Shown here in pieces: positions 24,747 through 38,194 of a DNA stretch of 64,000 nt (position 1 is its first letter; every line of letters begins with the position of its first letter). Both the position numbers and the translations under genes were made by a program. Source of the stretch: an uncultured Methanosarcinaceae archaeon. Lineage in GTDB: Archaea > Halobacteriota > Methanosarcinia > Methanosarcinales > Methanosarcinaceae. Location of the stretch: positions 448,001 to 512,000 of the forward strand of contig CAVTET010000004.1 in NCBI GenBank assembly GCA_963733675.1, in the 5' to 3' direction. The notes beneath the pieces are model-generated. The model did not search any database. It saw only the letters and a program-made list of their open reading frames with translations, and was not told the DNA's origin.

Positions 24747-25451
24747 TCAAGGCTCTTTTGTATTTTCTTCATTGTTTGAAGGAGAATTCTCCTTTTTTTT
24801 GTATGTATCACTGGATATGAAGATTGTAGTGTCTTTATTTGTTGAAACTACTTTTTCAGGCAAATTTAACTTTTCCAGGACTACTGGCTGAGTTTTAGTA
24901 CATGTACTTTTTTTTCCTTTATATGACTCTATTTTCATTCTGGCTTCAAGTTTGATGGAAGCTTCCCCGGCTCCAATTGCAGTATACATTTCGTTTGGCC
25001 TGAAATTATTGTTTTTCTCATTTTTTGGGCAAGGGGTTATGACAACTGTTCTTTGGGAATTTTGTGGGGTAAACTTTTCTTCGATCCATCCAGCAGGTTT
25101 TTCCATTGATTTTTCTGCAAGCCTAGTAGGAATCCAATCTCCCCTTTCAGATATATTTTTCCTTTTACCAGGTTTTTCCATTGATTTTTCTGTAAGCCTA
25201 GTAGGAATCCAATCTCCCTTTTTATAGACGTCTTTTCTGTTGTATACTGGACGTCCACTTAACTTGCAGAAGGTATCTTCAGCGTAAGAATCTTTGTTTC
25301 GGTCAGCTTTTCCAGACTTAAGTTTACTTGTTGTGCTGTAGCCTATAAGGCATATGGGTTCTTTCATTCTCCACTCAAGGCAGAAAAGGTGGCATTCTCG
25401 CCCTTTACATGTTTGGTTATCACCAAGTGGGCAAATTTCTGGGAGGGTCAT
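24747..25451 (-). CDS. Hypothetical protein with N-terminal Cys cluster and internal duplication; possible 3' frameshift
   Basis: CPLG..CKGRECHLFC..C; GDWIPTRLxEKSMEKP occurs twice; another frame continues RRKLDEIMAIEFPE to about 24680. Confidence 0.65.
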   Translation of the reverse strand: MTLPEICPLGDNQTCKGRECHLFCLEWRMKEPICLIGYSTTSKLKSGKADRNKDSYAEDTFCKLSGRPVYNRKDVYKKGDWIPTRLTEKSMEKPGKRKNISERGDWIPTRLAEKSMEKPAGWIEEKFTPQNSQRTVVITPCPKNEKNNNFRPNEMYTAIGAGEASIKLEARMKIESYKGKKSTCTKTQPVVLEKLNLPEKVVSTNKDTTIFISSDTYKKKENSPSNNEENTKEP

Positions 25452-25513
25452 AGTACTAAAGAATAACAGAACATAAAAAATAGTTAACGGTAATACAACT
25501 TAAAATAGTATCC

Positions 25514-26365
25514 TCAGATATTTTTCAGAGCATCTGCAATTAGAGGTGCAACGCTCAGTATGCTCTCAGCTTTTTCGAGGGTATCAGTTGCAATTATATC
25601 TTTTACGCCCGCATTAAAAAGTCTTAAAGCTGCATTTCTTACAAGAACAGGATGCACGCAGGCAATATATACATCCACCGCTCCCTGATCTCTAAGAACT
25701 CTAATAGATTCAGCCATTGTACCACCTGTTGAGATCATATCATCTACAAGGACTACGTGCCTGCCTGTTACATCGACATTTTTTGTATTGATTATAACAG
25801 TGTCTCCGCTAAGTCTTGTTTTATGCAGGTGATCGTAATCGAAACCCTGGTCAGAAGAAACATTCTTAACAAGTCCTTTGGCTCCGGAATCAGGAGCCAC
25901 CAAAATCGGATTTTCCATACCAAAGCCTGCAATATACTTTCCAAGCAGTTTAGCTGCATCAAGGTTTTTGGCAGGACATGGAAAATATCTAAGAACATTC
26001 TTTGCATGGATATTTATTGTAAATATACGATCAGCATTGATGCAGCGGGCAATTGCGCGGGCACTGATTGATTCTCCGGTTTTGAATTTTTTATCCTGTC
26101 TGGCGTATCCCATGTAAGGAATTACAACATTGAGTTCTTTTGCCTCATTACAGGCATTAATAAGTTGGAGCAGGGATACAAAATCTGAATCTGTAGGTGT
26201 GCTCTGGATAATGGTTACATTCTCGTCTTTTATCTCATCTGCGATTCGGAGGTAAAGTTCTCCGTCAGGGAAACGGTTAAACTCACAGAGCACTGGTTCC
26301 GTCCCTAAAGCTTTGGCAGTGCGGCTGGCAAGTAATTGTGATGCTGGTCCACCTACGATCTTCAA
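25514..26365 (-). CDS. prs: Ribose-phosphate pyrophosphokinase
   Basis: RFPDGE, PYMGYARQDK, VDDMISTGGT. Confidence 0.96.
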   Translation of the reverse strand: MKIVGGPASQLLASRTAKALGTEPVLCEFNRFPDGELYLRIADEIKDENVTIIQSTPTDSDFVSLLQLINACNEAKELNVVIPYMGYARQDKKFKTGESISARAIARCINADRIFTINIHAKNVLRYFPCPAKNLDAAKLLGKYIAGFGMENPILVAPDSGAKGLVKNVSSDQGFDYDHLHKTRLSGDTVIINTKNVDVTGRHVVLVDDMISTGGTMAESIRVLRDQGAVDVYIACVHPVLVRNAALRLFNAGVKDIIATDTLEKAESILSVAPLIADALKNI

Positions 26366-26616
26366 AATATATACCTCAATCTCCCGTCTTGATAGATTCC
26401 ATCCTTTAAAAAGCTTATTTTAATTGGCTCATTAATTTGCTAAAATCTTTCCTCCACTTTTCTTCCATTCACTTATCTCATACACTCACTACTATCCTAA
26501 CCCATAACTTTCTTCCCAGCCATTACTCAATGAGAAGTTTAAACGTATCAAATCAGATTTTTTTAATCTATGGCCTTAGGTTTTAGTTTGATAATCCAAA
26601 TTTTGTTCTGTCCCCC

Positions 26617-26802
26617 TTAGTCAATCCTGATTTTTTTTCTTTTTGAATAGTCTTCGAGCACCTTCCCGATTTCTTCTGTAAGCTTTTCTGCTTCATCAAG
26701 GTTGAGCTTTATAATTTCTTCATCTTCTCCGTGAAAAATAGTAATTCGTATCCGATTTCTTTCAATCTTTATATCTATTTTCCTTCCAATTCCCTGTACC
26801 AT
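26617..26802 (-). CDS. Small hypothetical protein
   Basis: RBS GGAG upstream; co-oriented between nnr and prs; natural-looking composition. Confidence 0.7.
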   Translation of the reverse strand: MVQGIGRKIDIKIERNRIRITIFHGEDEEIIKLNLDEAEKLTEEIGKVLEDYSKRKKIRID

Positions 26803-26925
26803 TTTGTTATCTCCGAATTTATGTCACATTTTCGCATAGTATTCATAAATTTATAATGTCAAATTTAGATTGCAATTTTATACTTTTATTACCATATAAA
26901 ATGTTTATAGGATACCTCTCTTACC

Positions 26926-28428
26926 CTATCTTTCCTCTTTAATTATTTCTGGAATATTTTCGATTACGTCCGTTGCAAGCAGACCATTTCCTGCTTTCTC
27001 AAAAGCTAGATCTCCAGCTGCTCCGTTAATATACGCCGCACAGGCTGCAGCAAGAAATGCTGAATTCCTGGCAAAAAGTGATCCAGTTAGCCCTGCCAAG
27101 ACATCCCCTGTACCTCCTACTGTCATGCCCGCGTTTCCTGTTCTGTTCAGGAGGGTTTTCTTCCCATCTGAAATGACGTCTATTTTTCCTTTGAGGAGTG
27201 TTACAATCCCTTTTTCCTCCGAAAACTCCTTTACAGCTTTGATACAGCCCTCCTGGTTTTCAGGAGTTTCAATATCACTCAAACTGGTGAATTCTCCAGC
27301 ATGTGGGGTAACTATCAATTCACATTTGCCTGCAAGGGCCTCAAAAGTAGAGCATGAAAGAGCTGAAAGAGCATCTGCATCTACGACGGCTTTCCTGCAG
27401 AATGGTAGAATTTTTCGGATAGCTTCAAGGGTTTCTGAGGCTTTTCCTAGTCCCATACCTAATACAACTATGTCATGGGAATTAATAAGGTCAGCAAGAA
27501 TTGAAAGGTCATCGAGGCAGAGCAAATTTGAAGATAGTTTTCTGACTATCAGGTTCGGAGAATAGGATTCAATTATTTTTGATATAGGCTCAGGAATCGC
27601 TACGGTTACAATGTCTGCACCCCCCCTCAAAGCTGCAAGAGCTGCAAGAGCCGGGGCTCCTGAGTAAGGACCGCCTCCTACTACAAGAATCTTTCCAGAA
27701 TCTCCCTTGTGCCCTTCAGAATTTCGCTTGCGCAGCATCGTTAGGTCTCCAGGGCCCACATATTGTTCGGCGTCCGCACAAATTCCTATATCTGCAATCT
27801 TTATAGTACCAGTATATCCTTTTGCTTTCTCGCTTATAAGCCCTATTTTCATGCGGTGAAAGGTGACTGTAAGCTTCGCATGCACGGCTTTTTCAAAATA
27901 ACAGCCATCAGGATCCACACCTGAAGGGATGTCAACAGAGATTACTATTTTCCCCGCTTTTCCTTCCTCGTTTATTAAGTCAACAGCTGTTGACTCTGGT
28001 TCTTTCAAACTTTTTTTCACTCCTGTTCCGAATATAGCGTCTACTAGCAAGTCGGCTTCTGAAAACCAATCAGAGGCTGCAGATGTAAGCTGACTTGAAT
28101 CCTTGATTTCGAGTACTTGCAATCGGCTGAACTTTAACAGGGAAAAGTTATGGCAGGATTCCCTGGTTTTTATGTCATGAGCCTTTCCCAGCAAAATTAA
28201 TTTGGTAGTATACCCTGAAAAGCCTGCAAGGTGTCTGGCGGCAACAAAAGCATCTCCTCCGTTATTTCCTAGGCCTGCGACAAAAAGTACTTTCCCACAT
28301 TCCATCTTCTCCCTGATATTTTGCGCGATAATAGCCCCCGCATTTTCCATTAGCTGAACAGGAAGTAGGCCAAGGTGTTCGCAATTTATATCAATTGCCC
28401 TCATCTGCGAAGAACTGATACACTTCAT
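26926..28428 (-). CDS. nnr: Bifunctional NAD(P)H-hydrate epimerase/dehydratase
   Basis: LMENAG, GNNGGD, DIPSG, HKG, TPHAGEF, GGTGDVLAG. Confidence 0.95.
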   Translation of the reverse strand: MKCISSSQMRAIDINCEHLGLLPVQLMENAGAIIAQNIREKMECGKVLFVAGLGNNGGDAFVAARHLAGFSGYTTKLILLGKAHDIKTRESCHNFSLLKFSRLQVLEIKDSSQLTSAASDWFSEADLLVDAIFGTGVKKSLKEPESTAVDLINEEGKAGKIVISVDIPSGVDPDGCYFEKAVHAKLTVTFHRMKIGLISEKAKGYTGTIKIADIGICADAEQYVGPGDLTMLRKRNSEGHKGDSGKILVVGGGPYSGAPALAALAALRGGADIVTVAIPEPISKIIESYSPNLIVRKLSSNLLCLDDLSILADLINSHDIVVLGMGLGKASETLEAIRKILPFCRKAVVDADALSALSCSTFEALAGKCELIVTPHAGEFTSLSDIETPENQEGCIKAVKEFSEEKGIVTLLKGKIDVISDGKKTLLNRTGNAGMTVGGTGDVLAGLTGSLFARNSAFLAAACAAYINGAAGDLAFEKAGNGLLATDVIENIPEIIKEER

Positions 28429-28629
28429 AATAATTACTCATATATTCTTTTTGATTCTATTTTTAACATTCAGCAAATATTCCCTTTAAATCTGAATTAC
28501 CTGATTTCAGGAACTATTATAGAAATCATTAAATATCTCTACGATAATTGAAGCAAATTATTCATTATATTTTAACCGAGGAAATCTTATTTGACATCAT
28601 TAACTATTATACGTTGCATTACGATATTA

Positions 28630-28725
28630 TATAGAGGACTACGATTAACTTCTATTTTTATGAATTACCAATATACCATTTATAGGCACATGACGAAATT
28701 CAGGGGTTTATCAAAATCCTCTGTA
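28630..28725. mobile_element. MITE family A copy (96 bp)
   Basis: TATAGAGGACTACGATTAA ... TTTATCAAAATCCTCTGTA. Confidence 0.7.
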
Positions 28726-29037
28726 ACATACCTGACAGACTAATTATCCTGAAAACCATGTTAATCACAAGAGACTAATTTAATCCCTTAGATAAAGCTA
28801 AGTAATTCTCATTAAAATTTGCTCTATTATACTTAACTCAGTTTGATATGAGCAAGAAAATGATAAGAAGTAACTATATTAATAAAGAATGTAAGCAATA
28901 AAATCAGAATAAAAGACCAATATGGCAATAAATTAAAAAATCACTGACTTTAGTAAAATCGCAAACATGCAGGATTCTAATCAGTATTTGCTTTCCTTTG
29001 CAAGTGGCCGGATTTACATGAGACAGGGAGGATTATT

Positions 29038-30504
29038 TTGTCTAATTTTCCAAAAGATGTTGATAGCAACCTTAAGAATTCAATCAAACCCAGATACTTA
29101 GTTCTGGGTAGTGGAAGTGTTGGTTTTGCACTTGCAAAAGAGCTAAGGGAAAGCAATAAGATGGTAATCATCGTAGATAAAGATGAAGCCAAGGTAGAAA
29201 CTCTCAGAGAGGAAGGCTTCGAAACAATTGCAGGTGACATCTCAGATCCTGAGCTCGTTAATAAGATTGATCTTAAAAATGTTGTAGTCATACTTTTCCT
29301 GACTTCCAATAGCGAGGCAAATCGGAAGGGCCTTGAAAATTTTAAAACTGTAGTCAACCCTGATGTCCAGCTCTTTTCCCGGGCTTCAGATATAATTAAT
29401 AAGGAAAAGATGGAAAATCTCGGAGCGGATTATGTTTTTATGCCTTCCAAACTTATTGCAAGCTCCCTTTCTCGTTCCCTTGAGAGGGCTGAGTCCGTTC
29501 ACAGGGGCAACAGGCTTGCAAGGTGGCTAAAAGGGATTCGGGATAAAAAACTTGCGATTGTAATTCACGATAACCCTGATCCGGATGCAATCTCCAGCGG
29601 GCTTGCACTAAAAGAAATTGCAAAAAATCTTGGTGTAGAATCAAATATTCTCTACCATGGCAGGATCGGACACCAGGAAAACAAAGCTTTTGTAAACCTT
29701 TTAGGGATTGACCTCGGCAAGATTGAAGATAATAACCTTCAAAATTTTAATGAAATTGCCCTTATAGACTGTTCCATCCCTGGTGTTAACAACATGGTTC
29801 CGCCCAATTCATATGTGGGCATTGTAATTGACCATCACCCACCCGGAGAAACTGAGGTAAAGGCTGAGTACATAGACATTCGGCCCAATTTTGGGGCAAC
29901 TGCAACTATTATGACAAAGTACCTCCAGCAGCTTAATATTAATATATCAAAAACCTTGTCAACAGCTCTACTATATGGGATTCGGACTGATACCCAGGAC
30001 TTCAAGCGAAAAACAGATCCGGCAGACCTCTCAGCTGCTTCATATCTCTATCCCCTTTCGAATCATGGAATCCTTGACCAGCTAGAACAGCCTTCAATGG
30101 CTATTGAAACTCTAGAAGTACTTGGAGAAGCCATCAGAAACCGTCAGGTTATTGGAAGTTACCTTCTCTCAAATGTCGGAAACATTAGGGATAGAGATAC
30201 TTTACCGCAAGCTGCGGATTACCTCTTGAGTCTGGAAGGAATCTCCACAACGGTCGTTTTTGGAGTCAGTGAAGACCGCATCTATATCTCAGGACGTAGC
30301 AATGATATTAGAGTTAACCTTGGTGAAATTATGCGCCAAGCTTTTGGCGAAGATGCAGGTGGGCATGCTAATGCAGCAGGTGCCCAGATTCCTCTGGGAG
30401 TTTTCAGCGCTACAAAAGATAGACAGACACTATTGAGGTTGGTTAACGAATCAGTGGTCAAGAGATTCCTGAGTGTCGTAGGTGTAGAAAGCACAGGAGA
30501 ATAA
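29038..30504 (+). CDS. TrkA-N domain / DHH-family phosphoesterase
   Basis: GSGSVG Rossmann motif; HDNPDPDA, IDHH, GIRTDT, GGH. Confidence 0.92.
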   Translation: MSNFPKDVDSNLKNSIKPRYLVLGSGSVGFALAKELRESNKMVIIVDKDEAKVETLREEGFETIAGDISDPELVNKIDLKNVVVILFLTSNSEANRKGLENFKTVVNPDVQLFSRASDIINKEKMENLGADYVFMPSKLIASSLSRSLERAESVHRGNRLARWLKGIRDKKLAIVIHDNPDPDAISSGLALKEIAKNLGVESNILYHGRIGHQENKAFVNLLGIDLGKIEDNNLQNFNEIALIDCSIPGVNNMVPPNSYVGIVIDHHPPGETEVKAEYIDIRPNFGATATIMTKYLQQLNINISKTLSTALLYGIRTDTQDFKRKTDPADLSAASYLYPLSNHGILDQLEQPSMAIETLEVLGEAIRNRQVIGSYLLSNVGNIRDRDTLPQAADYLLSLEGISTTVVFGVSEDRIYISGRSNDIRVNLGEIMRQAFGEDAGGHANAAGAQIPLGVFSATKDRQTLLRLVNESVVKRFLSVVGVESTGE

Positions 30505-30769
30505 CATATTAACAAAATATATTGCAAAATTAATAAAATTTTTTAATGTTTCCTAAGATCTCTGAAATTTAAAATGAATTACATTGGCAATTGACTGCAA
30601 TTAATCCAAAACCCATATATTAATAAAAAATAGATATCGATCAATCGATTTTTTGCAAGCTTAATAGTTCATAAGCCAATTAATAATGGGTTATCGGGAA
30701 AGTTTTCACCACTGCTACAAGCTGCGAGGTATATAATCCCCTTTGTTGTGAAATGTTTCAGAAAACTTT

Positions 30770-31644
30770 AGTATGATCAAACCATTTTTGTCATCCTTGA
30801 TAAAGGAATAAGCTATTTTATTATCTATTTTTATGAAAATAGGGGGATAATACCTCTTTCAGGCAGAATCCTTCATCATTTTGTGAAGTACAGGCTCGAA
30901 GATGAAGGAATGGATAAGATAATGATGTTATTTGGTGGAAAAATTCTCAAATCCTCATGAGAACAGGAAAATCAGATACATTTCACTTCAGTGGGGCTTC
31001 AAGATATGAACCCATTCTGATTATAATCCTCGTTATGAATGTAAAATGGCTAAAATGTGCATCACACTGATTGAAACTACCCTGTTTCATGACATCTACT
31101 TATGGTCTTGCCTCTGATTCTCTTGAACTTATCAAATACATAGAGGCTTTATAAAAAAAGAATGCTGATATATAATCACATTCTAACGACGTAGATTATG
31201 ATTCGTTACTTAATCATGCGTATATATGGTGCCATCTTAAAGCAAAATAAGTCATCTCGTTTCCATCAAATGCCGTAAACAATAGGAAGAAGAGATTGAA
31301 ATAATAGACCAGTGGGTAAATAAAATGTGGAAGAAGGTAAGAGATATCAATGCGAAAATGAAAAATGAACTCAGTTTCCTGTGCCAGAATGGGAAAATAG
31401 TACAGGTATGATTATCTGAAAGATCAAAATATTAGAGATTATTCATTCAAAGAATTCTGTAAAAAAATAGTGGAATGCAAAAAGAGAAAAGACATATTAA
31501 GGATAAAGTAAAATCTGAAGTAATTAGAATCAGATCGGGAGTAGAATATCTACCACTTCTGAACTTCATTGCATATCAGTTAGTGGTGCTTACTTAATCA
31601 CAAAAAAATTTAAAAGTAAATATTCATTTGGAGGATTTTTTTAA
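30770..31644 (+). mobile_element. Highly degraded transposase remnant (ISNCY-like)
   Basis: Fragments LHHFVKYRL, DYNPRYECKM, IDQWVNKMWK, LNFIAYQL, SFGGFF* with many stops. Confidence 0.6.
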
Positions 31645-31789
31645 AAAACAATTGTCAAATTAGATCACGGATTTTAAGAGCTAATTTGAGATTCATCCTC
31701 GAAACTAGAACGTCAAGCGAAAACTATTTAATGGATAGCTGGTATTTTCAGATACTGCTCAGATAAGATGACATTAATAATTACCCTGT

Positions 31790-31864
31790 AGCGGGGTGGG
31801 GTAGCCAGGAGATCCCGACGGGCTCATAACCCGTAGACCGATGGTTCGAATCCATCCCCCGCTA
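31790..31864 (+). tRNA. Initiator tRNA-Met (CAT)
   Basis: AGCGGGG...CCCCGCT-A with A1-U72 pair, GGG/CCC anticodon stem around CTCATAA, GGTTCGAATCC T-arm. Confidence 0.97.
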
Positions 31865-32174
31865 TTGTGAAGTTTTTTTGGATGCACGAATATCTTTTGC
31901 AACTATTTATTCTGGATAAAATAATATCATTAGCCATCTTTATCAGTGCTAATTGTGAAAATTTTTTGAGGTTTTTTTTAAATTGTAGCCATTGATTGTT
32001 TTTTTATTATCACATCAATCAGATTGTCACATCAATTAGCCATAGAAATAGACGTTACGTCAAAATTGACGAATCCAACTTATTTTGAGTAGATGGGAAA
32101 TCACTGAGAATTTTTACAAGCTTCTCTGCATTTGAGTATTGGAAGGTTTGAAATACATTTACAATAAATTTTAT

Positions 32175-32395
32175 TCGTGAGAAATCTTACTTATTTTGTT
32201 CTTTAAGAATTTTCAAAATGTTTTCAGTCAGTAGGAGACAAACTTGCTGAAATTGATTCTTGAATTGACTGGAAATCTTTTCATATCATTTTTGCGTCCA
32301 TGCATTTGGACAAAACAGTTTTCTTGGGGAAGACCTGAAGCTGAAATAATCGTTATGTTAAAAATGCTTGTTTTACAGCAATTACATGGTTTTCT
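32175..32395 (+). mobile_element. IS5-family transposase N-terminal remnant
   Basis: SVGDKLAEIDS*IDWK...GRPEAEIIVMLKMLVLQQLHG. Confidence 0.7.
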
Positions 32396-32549
32396 TTCAT
32401 GTTAAATTAGAGAGTGTTTTTTATATCATGAGGATATTGGTGTTATGTTTTTACAGAAATATCCCATGAGATATTTCAGAAGAACCATTTATCTTATTAT
32501 TTTAGCTCAAGTTAATTTGATTATCCTTTTGATTCAAAATGTCTATTAA

Positions 32550-34178
<1,629 letters not shown>

Positions 34179-34260
34179 TTTAGGTTAATAAATAAATTAT
34201 CATACCCTTTTGGAAATTTTTGTCTCAATAATCACCTAAACCTTTGCCAAATTTTTTCAT

Positions 34261-34403
34261 CCGGGATCTTGCTGGTGTACGCATGTGTAGAATTTGTTTG
34301 CTTTATTTGACAAGTGTTATTCATTGAAAGCTAGATTAATTTTCAAGCTAATTTCAAATTGAGAAAATAGATGACATTCTTGTGTACATCTGCATAAAGT
34401 GGG
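34261..34403. mobile_element. MITE family B copy
   Basis: TTGAGAAAATAGATGACATTCTTGTGTACATCTGCATAAAGTGGG; homologous to the 13025 and 60770 copies. Confidence 0.6.
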
Positions 34404-34649
34404 TTTCAGCTTCTATTCAAGTGAGGTATAAAAATTATTTAATGTGATTAAGTCATTGATTATGTAGGATTTGGATTAACCTCAATTATTGATTGGTAGT
34501 TTATAATGCATCTGTAAGCAATTTTTTGAAATCGTAGATTTATAGGATTTCTTTATGGAAAAGATAATCCAACTTATTGTGTAAATACTAATAGTTTATT
34601 GCTCTATCTTCTGAATTCTGTAGTATCATTGATATAATAATTTTACTCG

Positions 34650-34800
34650 ATGATACAAACTATAACTATCAAGAGGTTTTTAATATTTAATTTCATGCTG
34701 CAATATCTTCTACCAGTTCGCTTGAATCTGCAACAAACTATCTAGGTTAAATAAAGAAATTAGCGAGAAATATTTGGGCAAGATTCCCACGGGATAAAAA
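34650..34800 (+). mobile_element. Probable ISH3-family transposase remnant
   Basis: HAAISSTSSLESATN; homologous to 18130-18240. Confidence 0.45.
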
Positions 34801-34915
34801 TTAGAGGTGAATCTGAATACCTAATTATAGAGCTTCCTATAGCATAGGAAGTAAATGGTAACAAAAAAGAATGAAAAAAAGAGAGTAATCTACATTTAAA
34901 ACAAGGCAAATGATT

Positions 34916-35881
34916 TTATATCTGTTTTATTCCAAAAGATTGAAACAATATTTCCGGGTAAATTCCGCCGCTAGAGACTGTTTTTTTACTATTAAGGTCG
35001 TTTACATTAAGTCTAGCAGGCGCAAAAATATCTTCATTAATCTTCAAAAAGTCAAACCTTGCTTCTTTGAATGTCTGATAAAATGGTTTTCCGAAATGGT
35101 GGGAATTTATGGAAGGTACCTTCTGTACGAATTCTTCAAGTTCAGCCAGTTCTCCGTTAAAGCACAATGTATAGTTTGTTTCGCCGCCGTAAATCACACA
35201 GTCATTGGTTGAACCCATACATTGAACATCGTTTCCTACGACTGGAGCAATGGGTGCAACGCCATATCCGCTCTTAATGCAATTGATGTTAAAGCCTATT
35301 GACTTAAATTTGCGGATTCCAGTTTCCAAGACACGGGCCGAGATTTGGACAGAACCAGCAATAGAGGCTGTAGGTGCAACTGCAATCATCACGTTTTCAG
35401 GGTCCACGTTGCAGTGTTTTGCAATGTACTCGACAACTCTTTCGTCAGGTAGCTTGTTGGATTCTATGAACAGAACTGCAGTTTGGAAGTCATCTTCATA
35501 TCTTATTTCTTCATAAAGTTCTCTGGGTTTTAACGCAAGTGCGCGCGCAGGACCCGAAACTATTCCTAAATAGTCTCCTACAGATATCTTCCATCCTGCG
35601 TACTGGGAAGCCATACAGGCAATCACCGAATTGTCAGTTGCTATCTGAATGGCAGGCCACTTGAGACCTTTCAGATCAAAGGTGGTATATTGTAGGTCAG
35701 CAAGGTCAGCCAGGCAGAGTCTTGCCAGGTACAGCCCAGCTTCATATCCACCATCTTCTTTAACTCCGCAATCAATAATTGTAGCCCCATTCTTGAGTTT
35801 TGTAACTTCGGTGTTCAGGTCTTCGCTCCAGTCGAGCATTTCTTCCATGACATATGATCCCATTTCGTTGACGCTTATCAA
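34916..35881 (-). CDS. mch: Methenyl-H4SPT/H4MPT cyclohydrolase
   Basis: [42 protein letters not shown]. Confidence 0.95.
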   Translation of the reverse strand: MISVNEMGSYVMEEMLDWSEDLNTEVTKLKNGATIIDCGVKEDGGYEAGLYLARLCLADLADLQYTTFDLKGLKWPAIQIATDNSVIACMASQYAGWKISVGDYLGIVSGPARALALKPRELYEEIRYEDDFQTAVLFIESNKLPDERVVEYIAKHCNVDPENVMIAVAPTASIAGSVQISARVLETGIRKFKSIGFNINCIKSGYGVAPIAPVVGNDVQCMGSTNDCVIYGGETNYTLCFNGELAELEEFVQKVPSINSHHFGKPFYQTFKEARFDFLKINEDIFAPARLNVNDLNSKKTVSSGGIYPEILFQSFGIKQI

Positions 35882-36223
35882 GGTACCACCTTTATGGCTC
35901 TGGATGAACAGGAATAATGTTCTTAGTCAGGAAATTCTTTTTTAGCTGACTTTTTATCGTGAATAAGTGTTTTATATAGGTAGCCAGTTGCATTTGAATC
36001 AAGAATAATTCTTAATTATACTAGTTTATCAATCCAAATAAACGATTATTAATAGATAACCTTTGATAAGATGAATTTTTTTCAATCAAACAGGGTTAAA
36101 ATGACAATACTATTTATATATAATGGTGGCAGTGATGAGATTATTTCCAGGATTCTATATACTGATTATTTTCTGCAATTTGCTATCTCTAATAGAAGAG
36201 ATCTAAATAAAAATACTGTTATA

Positions 36224-37429
36224 TTATTCTAATTTTATTATGAAGATACGATCATTTCTTCTAACTATGCCCTCTACAGCAAGGCCTACTTCGACTCCTT
36301 TTTCAGCCGTTGTTAGGTATTTACCTTGCTTTTTCAGGGATTTCACTTGCTGCTTCAAATATGTTGTGCTTCCCTCAATTATTATTTCGTCTCCGATTTT
36401 TATCCCTTCTTCGAGAAGTTTTACTGCTGCAGCCATCTGTTTTGGATAATAGTTCACAACCACTCCCACAGCCAGACGTTTATTTCTGGAAGCATTCATA
36501 TCTTTTCCAGAAGAAAAATTATCGAAACCTGGAGACCCAAAGTAAAAGCCTGTAGAGAAGCCCCTATTGTAAACAGAGGCCAGTTCTAATTTCCAGACCT
36601 CTACTTTTTCCAGATCATAATTTCCTTCTCTAAAAGCTTCGATAGCCTCCCTATAGCAACGGGAGACAACTTCAAGATAACCTGGATCTCGCAATCGTCC
36701 TTCCACCTTAAAGGAATTTATTCCGGCTTTAATAAGTTCTGGAACGTACTCTATCATGCAGAGGTCTTTTGCACTGAGGAGGTATTTTCCCAGGCTCTTT
36801 GCAACAAATCCGTTTTCCCCATGAAGCTCCCATTTCCATCGGCATGGCTGGGTGCACTCACCGCAGTTTCCGGATTTCCCAAGCGCGTAAGCTGATAAAT
36901 GGCACCAACCTGAAATTGCCATGCACATTGCGCCATGGACAAAAGTCTCAATCTCTACTTCAGTTTTTTGAATTATTTTCGTTATCTCTTTAATAGAAAG
37001 TTCTCTTGAAAGTATGACGCGTTCTGCCCCCAGAGTTCTGTAAAATTCCGCCGTTTTGTGGTTCATAATATTCGCTTGTGTGGAGACGTGGACTTTAATT
37101 CCTGTGTCTCGTGCTTTCAGGATCACAGCCATGTCCCAAGCGATAATAGCATCTACACCTACCCTTGCAGCTGTAGTTACTACTTCCGATACATCCTCGA
37201 GACTATCCTCATTTACTGTCGAGTTTACAGCAAGATACGCTTTTAGCCCTCTAGCCTTCACTTCGCAAACAAAATTCCCCAAGTTTTCCAGCGTAATCTC
37301 TTTTGCTCTTGCTCTCAAGTTGAATTTGTCGATTGAAAAATAGACCGCATCCGCATAGAGAGAACAGGCTTTCAGACCTGCAAGGTTTCTGATACCCAGG
37401 ACGAGTTCAGGTTTTGAATTTTTACACAT
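36224..37429 (-). CDS. Peptidase U32-family Fe-S protein (tRNA hydroxylation-like)
   Basis: HVSTQAN, LSREL, ETFVHGAMC.AISG.C, CGECTQPCR, KVEGR; start reassigned to ATG at 37429. Confidence 0.88.
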   Translation of the reverse strand: MCKNSKPELVLGIRNLAGLKACSLYADAVYFSIDKFNLRARAKEITLENLGNFVCEVKARGLKAYLAVNSTVNEDSLEDVSEVVTTAARVGVDAIIAWDMAVILKARDTGIKVHVSTQANIMNHKTAEFYRTLGAERVILSRELSIKEITKIIQKTEVEIETFVHGAMCMAISGWCHLSAYALGKSGNCGECTQPCRWKWELHGENGFVAKSLGKYLLSAKDLCMIEYVPELIKAGINSFKVEGRLRDPGYLEVVSRCYREAIEAFREGNYDLEKVEVWKLELASVYNRGFSTGFYFGSPGFDNFSSGKDMNASRNKRLAVGVVVNYYPKQMAAAVKLLEEGIKIGDEIIIEGSTTYLKQQVKSLKKQGKYLTTAEKGVEVGLAVEGIVRRNDRIFIIKLE

Positions 37430-37624
37430 GAAAACAAAAAATACCACAACTTTCATTTAAAAATATCTTATCGTTTCACACAATATTACAAATAAGGTAA
37501 AAAATGTCAACTCTCTACAATGAGTATATTTATACAAAGGTTAACAGTAACATTTATATAAGTTAAAAGCGTTTTCCAAAATGGGGACTAAGGCATATTA
37601 AAATAAGGGCTTCCTATACATAAA

Positions 37625-37752
37625 CCGACATTCTGCAGATAGACATGGATAACTAATTTGTGTGCCTATTTGTCCATTATTAATAACTGGAAGTTAGAAT
37701 AATTTTATGTTTAGAGAGTAAATGGCATTCATGTGACATTGCAGAAAGTTGG
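37625..37752. mobile_element. MITE family B copy
   Basis: CCGACATTCTGCAGAT ... ATTGCAGAAAGTTGG. Confidence 0.55.
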
Positions 37753-38075
37753 AATTAATAAAACAAAAAAATAAAATTAATGTTATCGGAATTTAAATGG
37801 GGGAATTAAATGGAGTATGAACTCGAAGAAGTCGAGAGAGATTATATAGAATTCAGAAAAGAACTGGGAGAAGAAGAATACAGATAGATTGAATATAGGA
37901 TAGTTAATAAATGGAAGATGGTTCTTCCAAGGATGAAATTAACAACTATATGAATATTAAAAATATACAGTTTTATTTTTTTAGTTGAAAGGATATAAAT
38001 ACTGTGTTATATCACTTCATTTTTTCAATTTATATCAACAGAATCCATATATTATATGAGTGAGGTGTTTCTATC

Positions 38076-38190
38076 ATAGAGAATTTCGATAAACCACAAA
38101 TTTTCATCATATGCTTATAAATAATATATATGACTCGTGAAAATTATGGTTATCTATTCGTGAAAACTATGGTTTATCTATAATTCTCTC
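38076..38190. mobile_element. MITE family A copy with internal duplication
   Basis: ATAGAGAATTTCGATAAACC ... TCGTGAAAA twice ... GGTTTATCTATAATTCTCT. Confidence 0.65.
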
Positions 38191-38194
38191 AAAT

